In this document: positions 51,545-64,000 of the stretch, piece after piece
Numbering within the stretch: position 1 is the first letter of the stretch
Layout of the letters: the number at the start of each line of letters is the position of its first letter
DNA from: Felis catus
Taxonomy: Eukaryota
Assembly: GCF_018350175.1 (NCBI RefSeq)
Contig: NC_058368.1
Location: 221,342,001 to 221,406,000, forward strand
Reading direction: 5' to 3'
Length of the DNA stretch: 64,000 bases
Translations under genes and position numbers: made by a program
The notes under the pieces: generated by a model
What the model saw: the letters and a program-made list of their open reading frames with translations, nothing else
Databases searched by the model: none
What the model was told of the DNA's origin: nothing

Positions 51545-54500
51545 TGATGTCACCAACATGGTGACATAGGAGTTTCCTGAATTTCCCTCCTCCTATGGAT
51601 GCATTGATCATACAGGTAGACACCAGTCAATTCTTTTTGAGAACATTTTTCAAAACCAGTTGAGTGGACTGTGAAACATCAAGTAGTTGAGAAAATACCC
51701 TCACTGAAACAAGTAGGAAAGCCTGAAACACTCTCAACATAAACTCTGCTCCCTAAACAGGAACTTACCACTGGGAGATAACCCTCAATCCCAGCTTCTC
51801 TCTAAGAAGCGTAAGATTTGGATCATATATACAGCCACTCAACTTTTAAGGCTGCCATCCAAGAGATGGGTCTCCAGTGCACCTAGTTCTAAGAACCAGT
51901 GGGGCTTGCTTTTATGAATCCCATAGCACTATAGCAACCAAAGAAGCAGTTGTTAAACAGTTGTGGCTATTTATAAGTTATCATGCATCACCAATTGGTA
52001 CTTATGTGCTATTGCTTATCAGAAAAAGAAAGTTATTAAACACTTTCACAGCTATGTCCCTTAACTTAGCACAGAAGGAACAAACAAAAACATCTATTTA
52101 ACAGTTTGTTCCTAGAAGGAGTTTGAATGTATATTCTCCTAGCTGCTGCTTGCGGGTTCAGTTTCTAACCTGCCTACATTTCAGAACTACATGGGATCCT
52201 TCAAAGAGCCTGAAAAAGCTGGTGGTAACTTCCTTGCCTTCTTCCTCCAACTAACTTCAAAAATAAATCAAGTCTACCATCATCTCCCTGAGTGAAGCTT
52301 ATTCACACATCTGGTGTTCCCACTTTTTATGGCTGCAACCTGAGGGACAGGCCCTCAGGGCACAGTGTAAATAAATGAAGCAGAAACTAGAAAGACAGTC
52401 AAAAAGATCAACAAAATGAAGAGCTGTCTTTTTTTTTTTTTAAGATGAAATGGACAAATCCTTAGCTGGATTAAGAAAAAAAGAGTTAAGACAAAAAAAT
52501 CAGAAACAGAAGAATAGACATTATAAATGACAACATGGAAATACTAAAGATCAAAAGAAACTACTACAAACAATGATATGCCAACAAATTAGATAATCTA
52601 GAATTAATGTCTAAATTCTTAGGAACATACAATCTACCATGATTGAATCATGAATAAATAAAACATTGGAAAAGACCAATTACTAGTAAGAGAATTGAAT
52701 CAGTAATCCAAAACTTTCCAACACAGAAAAGTTCAGGACCAGATGGTTCCATTGGTGAATTCTGTGAAACATTTAAAGAATGAATACCAGTCCTTCTTAA
52801 ACTCTTCAAAAAGATTGACTGGGAAAGTGTACTTGAAAACTGATTTTATGAGGCCAGAGTAACCCTGAAAACAAAGCCAGACAAGAAGGATAGGAGAAAA
52901 GAAAATTATAGGCCATTAGTTATAGTGAATGTATATGTTCCCCAATGAAATAATAATAAACTTGCAACAAATTAGGAATTTACCTCAACATAATAAAGGC
53001 CATATATGATAGGCACACAGCTAACATCATAAGCAAGTGTGAAAAGCTGAATGCTTTTTCTCTAAGATCAGAAGTAAAGCAGGAATGCCCACTCTCACCA
53101 CTTTTAGTCAATATAGCACTGGAAATCTTAGCCAGATAAATTATGTAAGAAAATGAAATATATCATTCAAATCCAAAAAAAATAGAAGTAAAACTGTTTG
53201 CAGATGACTGATGTTATATGTAGAAAGCCCTATAGACTTCACCAAAAACTTTAGAATGAATAAATAAATTCAAGAAAGTTGCAGGATACAAAATCAATAT
53301 ACAAAAATCAGCCGCATTTCTGTGCACTATTAGCAAATTTTTGGAAAGATAAATGAAAACAATCTCATATTTTTAAAAAAATAATGTGTATTTATTTTTG
53401 AGAGAAAGAGACAGAGCATGAGTGGGGCAGGGGCAGAGAGAGAGGGAGACACAGAATCCGAAGCAGGCTTCAGGCTCTGAGCTGTCAGCACAGAGCCCGA
53501 TGCAGGGCTCGAACTCATAAACTGTGAGATCATGACCTGAGCCGAAGTCGGACACTTAACCGACTGAGCCACCCAGACGCCCCAAAAACAATCTCATTTT
53601 TAATAGAATCACAAGGAATAAAATATTTGGGAATGAACTTAGCCAAAGAAATGACAGATATGTACCCTGAAAACTGATGAAACACATTTAAAAAGACTCA
53701 AATAAATGGAAAGATATTCCATGCTTATGGATTTGAAGAACTAATAGTGTTAAAATGTCCATACTACCCAATACAATCTACCAATTCAATGCATTCCCTA
53801 TCAAAAGTCCTATGGCTTTTCTCACAGAAATAGAGAAAGCAATCCTAAAATTTGTGTGGAGGCATAAAAGACCCCACATAGTCAATTAAATCTTGAGACA
53901 GAAGAACAAAGCTGGATTCATCACAGTTCAAACTGTATTACAAAGCCATCATAATCAAATAGTAATGTATTTTCATGGAGCCATCAAACACATAAAAACA
54001 TAGATGAATATAACAGAATAGAGGCCCTGGAAATCAATCCATACATATATGGTCAGTTAATGTTCAACATAGGTGCTGGGACATACAATGGAGAAAGAAT
54101 ATCCTCTTTAATAAATAGTTTTGGGAAATCTGAAAAGCCACATGCAAAAGAAACGGGGCCCCTATCTTACACAATACTCAAAAATGAGCTCAAAATAGAT
54201 TAAAAAATTAAATATGAGATGTGAAACCATAAAATTCCTCTTAGAGAATCTAAAGGTAATCTCTTTGACCATGATATTGGCAATTAACTTTTTGGATTTG
54301 ACAACAAAAACAAAGGAAATAAAAATAAACAAATAAAATAAATAAGATTGATTATACCAAACTAAAAACTTCTGCACAGCAAAAGTAGCCATCAGCAGCT
54401 ACAACGAAAGGCAACCTCTGGAATGGGAGAAAATATTAGGAAACCACATATCTAATAAAAGGGTAGTACCCAAAATATACTAGGAACTTATATAACTAAA

Positions 54501-55497
54501 TAGCAAAAAGGCAAAAATCCCAATTAACAAATGGGCGAAGGACTTGAATAGGCGTTTTTCTAAAGAAGACATACAAATGGCCAACAAGTACATGAAAAGG
54601 TGCTTGACATCACTAAGCATTAGGGAAATGCAAATGAAAATGTCAACGAGATATGATCCTATATCTGTTAGAAAGACTATTATCAAGAAGACAAGAAATA
54701 GCAAGTTTTTGGTCAAGATGTGAAGACAAGGGATCCCTTCTACACTGTTGGTGAGAATGCAGACTGTTGCAGCCACTGTGGAAACAGTATGGCGGTTCCT
54801 CAATAGATTAAAAATAGAAATATAATATGATCCAGCTTTTCCACTTCTGGGTATGTATTCAAAGGAAATGAAATCATTATTTCAGAGAGAAATCTATTCC
54901 ACCATATTCGTAGCAGTGTCATCACAATAGCCAAGGAATGGAAACAAACTAAATGTTTATTGACAGAGGAAAGGATGAATGTGGTATTTGTATACAATGG
55001 AGTATTTTTTACCCTTGAAAAAAGGACATGCTGCCATTTGTAAGAACATGGATAAACCTTGAGAGCATTATGATACGTGAATAGGTCAGAGAGAGAGAAA
55101 GATGAATACTGCATGGTATTACTAAGTGGAATCTTAAAAAAAAAAAAAAAAAAGAATGGTGGTTGCCAGAGATGGGGGTGGGGAGAGGGATAAGTTAGAC
55201 ATCAGCCAAATGGTAAAATTGAACAATTGTTAAATGTGTGAGGTCTAGGGATCTAATGTATAAAATGGTAACCATTGTTACTAATACAGTTGTAATTGAA
55301 ACTTGCTGAGAGTCAAAGGTTCTGATCAGAAGAGAGAGAGACAGAGAGAGAGAGAGAGACTAAATATATGAGATGATGAATACGTTAGTTTAAAAAAATT
55401 GGGAATCTTTTCACAGTTTATATTTATGTCAAATTACCATGTTGTACATTTTAAATAATTTGTAATTTTATTTGTCAATTATACTTTAGTAAACTTC
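51545..55497 (+). mobile_element. LINE-1 retaining both termini but lacking ORF1 and the ORF2 endonuclease region
   Basis: 5' UTR-like start 'caccaacatggtgacatagg'; ORF2 Z/RT motifs 'caggaccagatggttccattggtgaattct' and 'ctgtttgcagatgac' (LFADD); 3' UTR ending 'tttgtcaattatac'; degenerate TSD at 51526-51541 and 55500-55515. Confidence 0.88.
53370..53583 (-). mobile_element. Can-SINE inserted in L1 ORF2
   Basis: TSD aaaacaatctcat on both sides. Confidence 0.97.
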
Positions 55498-55890
55498 AAA
55501 AAGTATCCTTTATATATTTTAGATGTATATTAATTTTAATCATCTTATTGCAAATGTAAAAATTATATGTGAAATGAAACATTAAGCTTTCAGATTCAAC
55601 TGATATGTCACTAATGTAATACTACCCCTTCTTACATAGCTGTACCCCCAGTCTCCCATCTCCATGCCAGAGATAAGTTGTACATTTGTTATTGACATTC
55701 TATGTCCTAAGTCTTCATACCATTCTTACTCAAAAATAAATGATTTAGATTACATAATAGGAGTGTGGTGAATGTGGACAATTTCCTTGGTATATACAGT
55801 TACTATTCATACACTTGCTATACACACCTACCTATAAAGAAAGCTTAGACCAGATCCCACTGGATAGCCCCCAAAATGAAGGATTCTCAA

Positions 55891-56100
55891 GGGGCTCCTG
55901 GGTGGCTCAGTCGGTTGAGCGTCTGACTTTGGCTCAGGTCATATCTCGCTTTTTGTGAGTTTGAGCCCCGCGTTGCGCTCTGTGCTGACAGCTCGGGGCC
56001 TGGAACCTGCTTCGGATTCTGTGTCTCCTCTCTCTGCCTATCTCCCACTTGTGCTCTGTCTCTCAAAAACAAATAAATAAATGTAGAAAAATAAATTTTA
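55891..56100 (+). mobile_element. Can-SINE
   Basis: TSD gaa(g/a)gattctc at 55878-55888 and 56101-56111. Confidence 0.95.
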
Positions 56101-57114
56101 GAAAGATTCTCTCCATTCTCAGATATATATTAAAAATATATTTATCTCAGGAGCTCAAGGTAATGATACATATTTAATTCTAGCTTTCATGAACATTGTG
56201 CCCTATAAGAAGAAAGTCAAGAGAGGAAATCTTTTGGAGTGCTGCCATCGAGAAATAAAATAAAGACAAGTAGATTTAACAGAGCATTTACAGGGGATTA
56301 TAGACAGACGACTGAAAAAAAAAGGAAGATAAATCAAAAACTAAAACTTGCAGCAGGAAGCGTTTACACAGGGGACAAGACTGAAGAGTAAAGGAGAAAT
56401 AGTTGCCTTTATCAAAGCTAGTAGCTCAGTAGGGGGGGTCCTACAGAGTTGGTGCTCAGCTATCTGCGGAAAGAGCATTTCCTGAATGTGACTGGAGTCT
56501 CAGAGGGCATGATAGGATGACATGGTTGGTCCAGATGGAGCTAAGAAAAACTGGAGGCTAGCACCACCTATCATTGCCAGGGATATACTGCTTGTTTTGG
56601 AAAGAAAATAAGGAAGATGTTCTTTTGCTCCTTTCCAAAGGGGGCACAACGCCCTCTAAATCCTCCCAATCATCATTGGCTAGAACGTCAGCTGGCCAGA
56701 GTCAGGAAAGGAGGTTTATCAATGATCCCTGACCCTGACATCACAGTACAGACTAAAGAAGAGTGAGTGGATATAGAGATGAGAGATTAGAATATGGACA
56801 CCTTCATGTGTCATTATTTTGACAGGACTTTATCAAATTAAATGATCAGAAAGCTAAGCACGTGGAGTTTTATTAGTTCTGCCCCATGCTAAAATGCTGC
56901 TGAGTTATGATTTAATATATAGCCTCAAATGAAAAATAATGAAAGAGGTAGAAGTCACATTTTAGAATAAATAGAAATGCATCCACACATATCTGAGAAT
57001 CCACATATAAATATAATTCGGTAAAGTAAATTAAATATTTAGTGGTATTTAACTGTCTTTATAAATATTAGAATAATTTCATATTTTTTTAAATTTGAGC
57101 ATCCGAATATACTC

Positions 57115-57321
57115 TTTATTTTTTTAAGTTTATTTATTTGGATGGAAGAGCAAGAGAGAGGCTGAGCAGAGGAGGGATAGAGAGAGAGAGAAAGAAAGAA
57201 TCCCACGCAGGTCTGCACTGTCAGCATGGAGCCCCGTGCGGAGCTTGATCCCAGGAATCATGAGATCCTGACCTGAGCCAAAAATCGAGTTGTATGCTTA
57301 ACCAACTGAGCCACCCGGGCT
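57115..57321 (-). mobile_element. Can-SINE
   Basis: 'tgagatcctgacctgagcc...actgagccacccgggc'. Confidence 0.92.
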
Positions 57322-59185
57322 CATATATATATAAAACATTCTCCCTGAATGACTAATATTTAATACAGAAGTAGGAAAGTGTTGATTAGAAGTATGATAG
57401 AGAGTTTGAGAAAAATACATACAATTAAAACGTGCAATCAATGTCAGTGGTGCTACTTTTAGAACTTATTCTAGGAACCACATTGATTGTTTAAAAAAAA
57501 AAAAAAAACTAAGTGAGAAAGTCTTGGTGAAGATATTATCTCTATACCTGTACGTGTCAGTGATGGTAACAGCTATGATTAAACCCTTTTGTATGTAATG
57601 TAAATGTAATGCAAATTTGTAATGACCCATAAAAAAATCTGCATTATTCCAATTAATTTTAAGAAATTAAATATGCAACTTTTGCAAAGGTCCTTTATTT
57701 GTTTCCTTATGTAATTCAAAGGATATAAATTTGGTTGGAATTAATTTAAGCTATTTATAATGCATATATGTAGATCTTTATAAATAACGTTTTAATTAAC
57801 CCTCTTTTAGCCTTAGCAACAAGTAAGCTGGAGTCATTCTTATTGATAGCCAGTCTTGTGATTGTTCTGATACAAAGCAGTTTTAACAGGAGGGTCTTTA
57901 TTCTTCCACTGTGACTTATTTGTAGGATAACAAACACTAACATACTACAAAAAATAGAAGCATTTCATAAAATATATTTTTAAAACACTATATTTTTTAA
58001 AATAGTAATTACCAAAATATTTACCATAGACACATGTGGCAAGATTAAATTGCATACTCTAATTTCATAATAAGGCAACAATTCAAACATGTGTTACACC
58101 AAACCATTATTGAACGGCTCTCATAAATTTTAGTTTAGCCATTAATTCCACATGTGGGCCATGTTGGCAGGAATTTAATTTAAAGTAGTCTTAAATCTGA
58201 GTTTGAAATTATGATGAGTTGAAATAAAGTTGTTATTTTAATATCAAATAGGGGTTTAGCTTTGAAAATGTGGCTTTTGTGGGAAAATGTATGTCATCAA
58301 TATTTAAATATAAATAGTATTTATAATAAATATATATTTGTCAACATTCAAACAAGAGTTTCTATGTTCTAAATTTCAACCCGCAGTAAGAAAAGCAGTT
58401 TTACTTTGTGTGTATATATTTTTTAAAAATATGTGAAATAATATTTACCCTTACCAGATCAAACCTTTTCTGAAATGTCTGTTCTAGTCTATTCTCTTTT
58501 GTTCTATTCTTTCTATTCTCCACCTATTCTTCTTCCTCCTCCTCTTCCTTTTCCTCTCCCTCCACCCTACTGCTTCCTCTCCTTTCCTTCTGTTTTTTTT
58601 TCTTCTTTGTTAATTATAACCTATGGTGTGAAAAATTACTGTTCTAGGTTCATGTTAACAAAAATTATTTTAGAAATGTTATTAGTCCGTTTTCTTGACC
58701 ATAGCGATACAAATTCTGCTTATGTTTTTAAGGGAATTAGAGGCAGCATTTTTGTGTGTCCGTTTCTTTGTTTATGGCTTCCATGTTTTGAACTGTCTCC
58801 CTGTTTATCACCGACCTGGTAACTTTTACTTTACCACTGTTGTGTCCCATAATTACAGGGCAATTACATTGCATTATTTTTCCAAGTGCTCATTTTTGTG
58901 TATATGAAGGTAATGTTGGTGAAAGCAATCACAATTCCATTGTCTAAACAAAAATAGGTACAGTATCAAAAAATTGCATTTGAAAAAATCAATATTTATC
59001 ATTTTTAAAAGTACCTAAACATTTAAGAAAGAGTAGATGGAGGTGACTCTGCAATTAAGAAATCCTAGACTGGTGTTTGGATTTCTAAGAGTAAAATGAA
59101 TTCTCTTGAAAATTATGCATGGCTATATCTAGAATGATGGGAAGTAATTTTTGTGGAATTCTTTTAAATAGTTATATGCTATAAT

Positions 59186-61842
59186 TTTTTTTAATTTTTA
59201 TTTATTTTTAAAATATTTTATTCAAGTATAATTAATATTCAGTGCTATATTAGTTTCAGGTGTACTATATAATGATTCAGCAATTGTGTACATTTCTTAG
59301 TGCTCATCAAGATATGTGTACTCTTAGTCCTCCTTACCTATTTCACCTACGCCCCACACCCACCTCTCCTCTCTCAACCACCAATTTATTTGCTTAATTA
59401 TGAATCTGTTTTTTGTTTGTTTGTCTTTTTGTTTTGTTTGTTAAATTCCACATATGAGTGAAATCATATGGAATTTGTCTTTATCTGACTTATTTCACAT
59501 AGCGTTGTACCCTCTTTTTACATCCGTGTTGTTGCAAGTAGCAAGATTTCATTCTTTTTTATGGCTGAGTGATATTCTGTGTGTGTGTGTGTGTGTGTGT
59601 GTATACACACCTATCTGTCTATTGATGGACACTTGGGTTGCTTTCATAATTTAGCTATTGTAAATAATGCTACAAATAAACATAAGGGTGCACATATCCT
59701 TTCAAATTCATGTTTTCATTTTCCCTGGGTAAATACCCAGCAATGGAATTACTGCATCATGTGATAATTCTATTTTTAATTTTTTGAGGAATACCCATAC
59801 TATTTTACACGAGCTTACACATCGGCTGCTCCAGATTTCATTCCCACCAAAAAAAGGTCCTTTCTTTCCACATCCGTCTCAATACTTGTATTTCTTGTGT
59901 TTTTGATTTTAGCTGTTCTGACAGGTATAGAATGATATCTCATTGTGGTTTTAATCTGCATTTAGCTGATGATTAGTGATGTTGAACATCTTTTCATATG
60001 TCTGTTGGCCATCTGTATGTCTTCTTTGAAAAAATGTCTGTTCAAATCCTCTGTTCATTTTAATCAGATTATTTGTTTTATTGGTGTTGATTTGTATAAG
60101 TTCTTTAGATATTTGGAATAATAACCCCTTATTTGATATATCATTTGCGAACATCTTCTATTCAGTACGAATGCTGCCTTTTTGTTTTGTTGATGGTATG
60201 TTTCACTGTACAAAAGCTTTTTATTTTGGTGTAGCCCCAATAATTTAACTTTGCTTTTGTTTCCTTTGCCAATGGAGATATAGCTAGAAAAATGTTTCTA
60301 TAGCTGATGCCCAAGAAACTGCTTGTTTTCTGATTTCATAGTTAGGTCTTAAATCAATTTTGAGTTTATTTTTGTGTATGCTGTAAGAAAGTGGTCCAGT
60401 TTCATTTTTTTGCATGTAGCTGGCCAGTTTTCTCAACACTATTTGTTGAAGAGACTTTTTCCCCCATTGTATATTCTTGTTTCCTTTACTATAGATTAAT
60501 TGACCATAAAAGTGTAGGTTTATTTTTAGACTCTCTATTCTGTTCTATTCCATTTATCTATGTTTCTGTTTTTGTGTCAGTACCATATTGTTTTGATTAC
60601 CACACTTTTGTAGTATATCTTAAAATCTGGAACTGTGATACCTCCAGCTTTCTTTTCTTTTTCAAAATTACCTTATTTATCCAGGGTCTTTTGTGTTTCC
60701 ATATAAATTAAGGATTTTTTTTCTAGTTTTGTAGAAAATTCTGTTGGTACTTTGATAAGTTTGCATTAAATCTATAGATTGCTTTGAGTAGTATGGACAT
60801 TTTAACAATATTGGTTCTTCCAATCCATGAACATGGACTATCCTTCCATTTGTTTGTGTCATCTTCGATTTCTTTCTTCAATGTTTTATAGTTTTTAAAG
60901 TCACCTCCTTGGGTAAGTTTTTTTTCCTGGAGATTTTATTCTTTTGGGTGAAATTGTAAATGGGATCATTTTCTTAATTTCTCTTTCTGCTACTTCATTA
61001 TTAGTGTATAGAAATGCAACTGGTTAGTGTGTATTAATTTTGTGTCCTGCAACTTAACTGAATTCACTTATCAGTTCTAGAGTAGTTTTTTGGTGGAGTC
61101 TTTACAGTTTTCTATTTATCATATCATGCTACCTACAAATAGTGAGATTTAACTTTTTCCTTAGCCATTTGGGTGCCATTTTTCTTTTTCTTGTCTGATG
61201 CTGTAGCTAGGACTACTAGTACTATGTTAAATAAAAGTGATGAAAATAGACTTCCTTGTCTTTTTCCTGATCTTAGAGAAAAAGCTTTCTGCTTTTCACC
61301 ATTGAGTATGATGTTTGCTGTGGGTTTTTCATATTTGGCCTTTATTATGTTGAGGTATAATTTCTCCAAACCTTTGTTGTGAACTTTTAATCATTAATGG
61401 ATGTTATACTTTGTTGAATGGTTTTTCTGTCTATTGAGATGATTATATGGTTTTTATTCTTTCTCTTGTCAGTGTGTTGTATCATGTTGATTGATTTGCA
61501 AATATTGATTTGCATCCCTGGAATAAATCCCACTTGATCATGCTGAATAATTTTGTTTATGTATTGTTAGATTTGGTTTGCTAGTATTTTGTTGAAGATT
61601 GTTGGCATCTATATTCGTCAGGAATATTGGCCTGTAGTGTTTGTTTTGTTTTGTTTTCTTTTGCAGTACTTTTGTTTGATTTTGGTATCCAAGTAGTACT
61701 AGCCTTATAGAATGAATTTGAAACTTTCCTTCCTCTTATATATTTTTTGAAATAGCTTGAGAATAATAGATATTAACTCTTCTTTAAATATTTAGTAGAA
61801 TTTACTTGTAAAGCCATCTGGTCCTGCACTTCAATTGTTGGG

Positions 61843-61875
<33 letters not shown>

Positions 61876-63355
61876 CTGAATACTGATTCAGTTTCATTGC
61901 TGATAATTGCTCTGTTCAATTTTTTTTCTCTCTCTCTCTTTCTGATTCAGTTTTGAAAGCTTATGTTTCTGAGAAATTATCCATTTCTTCCAGGTTTCTG
62001 TTTTGTTGGCATATAATTTTTCATAATATTCTCTTATAATCTTTTGTATTTCTGTGGTGTTGGTTTTTATTTCTCCTCCTTCATTTCTGATCCTAGTTTT
62101 TTAAGTCCTCTCTCTCTCGGTTTTTTTTTTTCTTTTTGTAATGATTTTGATTAAAAGTTTGTCAGTTTTATTGATCTTTTCAAAGAAACAACTGCTGAAT
62201 TCACTGGTCTGTTCTTTTTTTTTTTTTAATGTTTATTTATTTATTTGAGGGAGGGAGTGGGCGAGGAGCAAAGAGAGAAGGGAGAGAGAGAGTATCCCAA
62301 GCAGGCTCTTTGCTGTCAGCACAGAGCTTAATATGGGGCTTGATCCCACAAACCAGGAGTTTATGACCTGAACTTAAATCTGGAGTGAGACACAAATGCC
62401 TGAGTCACCCAGGCACTGCAGTTGCTTTTTTTGTTTTTTTTTTTGCTTTTTTTGTCTTTCTTTTTCTTTTTTCTTTTCTTTTTCTTTTTTTTTCTTTGTT
62501 TTGCCTCTATTCCATTTATTTATCCTAATCTTTATTATTTATTTTCTTCTATTGACTTTGAGTTTTCTGTGTTCTCATTTTTCTAGTTCCCCTAGGTGTA
62601 AGATTAGATTGTTTGAGATTTTTCTTGTTTCTTGAGGTGGGCCTGTACTGCTATAATCTTCCAACTTGGAACAGCTTTTGCGGAATCCCAAAGATTTTGG
62701 ACCATTGTGTTTTCATTTTCATTTATCTCTCTCTATATTTTTATTTCCTCTTTAATTTCATGGTTGTCCAATTCATTGTTTAGAGCATGTTATTAGCCTC
62801 CATGCATTTGTGTTTTTTCTAGATTATTTTTTGTGATTGATTTCTAGTTTCATAATGTGGTGGTTGAAGAAGATACATGGTATGATTTTAGTCTTTTTTA
62901 ATTTATTGAAACTGGTTTTGTGGCCTAACATGTACTCTGTTCTGAATAATGTTCCATGCACACTTGAAAAGAATGTGTATTCCACTGCTTTTGAGTGGAA
63001 TGTTCTGAATATACTTGTTAGGTCCATGTGGTCCAATGTGTCATTCACAGCCACTATTTCTTTGCTGATTTTCTCTCCGGATGATCTATCCAGTGATGTA
63101 ACTGGAGTGTTAAAATCCCCTACTATTATTGTATTATGGTCAATCTCTTCCTTTACGTTTAATAATTGTTTTAAGTATTTAGGTACTCCCATGTTACGTG
63201 CACATTTGCAATTAATTATTATATCCTGTCGTTGGATTGCTCCTTTTATCATTATATGGTGTCCTTCTTTGTCTCTTGTTACAGTCTTTGTTTTAAAGCC
63301 TATTTTGTCCAATATAATTACTACTACCCCAGCTGTCTTTTCATTTCCATTTGAC
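59186..63355 (-). mobile_element. 5'-truncated carnivore LINE-1 (ORF2 EN-RT-C and 3' UTR), decayed
   Basis: ORF 62824-63432 gives EN motifs (TRDKEGH, IIVGDFNTP, YTFFSSVHGT); ORF 61133-61369 gives RT-region motifs ([14 protein letters not shown]); T-rich tail at 59186; TSD-like atgcta(t/c)aat at 59176-59185 and 63356-63365. Confidence 0.95.
62215..62417 (-). mobile_element. Can-SINE inserted in L1 ORF2
   Basis: 'cccaagcaggctctttgctgtcagcacagagc...tgagtcacccaggcac'. Confidence 0.9.
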
Positions 63356-64000
63356 ATGCTACAATATTTTATATTAAGGAAGATAATGTATTGACTGTAA
63401 GAAGCCATATTGGGATAGATATTCTTCTGCAAATGTTGTACAAGGAACTAGAATCAACTTAATTGACATGAATCCTAAATTTTTGGTTAAAGTAAAAAGG
63501 ACATGAAAAAATGAACAAAATGTTTTATTCTGTCCTGGTACTTTTTGTATCTGATGCCTATTAGCTTGTCATCCTAATAATAGATTGTTTCACTACATAA
63601 TACAGGAGATTCAATTGACCTTGAAATTATACCTACATTGACAGTTCTCTGTATATAGGCATATATAGAGAGAGATCCATGCTCTCTGTTTCAAAATGGG
63701 CAAGATAATCATAAAAGTGCAATTAAATGAAAATATATACAATAGGGCTCTTCCTGTGATTTTGTGGTCCATGGATTTTGGGCTCCATGCAAAATATATG
63801 TTCCTCCTGGCACATTTGGATTTGTTATGGTTATATTCACTTTTTAAATTAGCAAAAGTCTTCTTTTACACCTATTGGACAGAAAGTTTTTGATTACCTG
63901 CCTTACATTAGTGCCAGCAAGGAAAATCTTCCTAATGCCTTTTCTTTCCTTCCTGTAGTCTTCCCCTTTTTCCAAGTATTTCTTTTAGTAAGGTCTACCA

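Noticed and set aside
25380..52400. The L1 ending at 25400 and the ORF2 segment starting near 52365 are nearly contiguous in L1 ORF2 coordinates, suggesting one split element
   Set aside because: The 51.5-55.5 kb element has its own 5' UTR and TSD, so the match is most likely coincidence.
62824..63432. 202-aa ORF as a host nuclease gene
   Set aside because: It is the decayed L1 ORF2 endonuclease region, and its N-terminus comes from flanking DNA.
1..64000. CRISPR arrays, prokaryotic operons, rRNA genes or a CpG-island promoter
   Set aside because: No regularly spaced repeat-spacer pattern, no gene-dense segment, and no CpG-rich region outside young SINEs.

Overview
AT-rich mammalian non-coding DNA, almost certainly from a felid, because the SINEs are of the cat Can-SINE (SINEC_Fc) type. 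It looks like a large intron or gene desert. I cannot support any protein-coding exon or RNA gene: the ORFs in the track are microsatellite or SINE read-throughs, decayed LINE-1 ORF2, or short chance ORFs. The window holds about 25 tRNA-derived Can-SINEs (many with readable target-site duplications, TSDs), three large LINE-1 remnants and several L1 3' fragments. It also has MaLR and ERV1-type solo LTRs, MIR and L2 relics, a few DNA-transposon relics and many microsatellites, including a 357-bp pure-purine tract. The most unusual structure is a ~450-bp composite segment at 43944-44393, bounded by a ~30-bp direct repeat. It joins the unique flank of the SINE at ~19.4 kb to the unique flank of the SINE at ~41.1 kb through one SINE body. 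This is either a real SINE-bridged multi-template insertion or a gap-filling misassembly. Repeat subfamily names come from recalled consensus motifs, not from a database search, and boundaries of old repeats are approximate.
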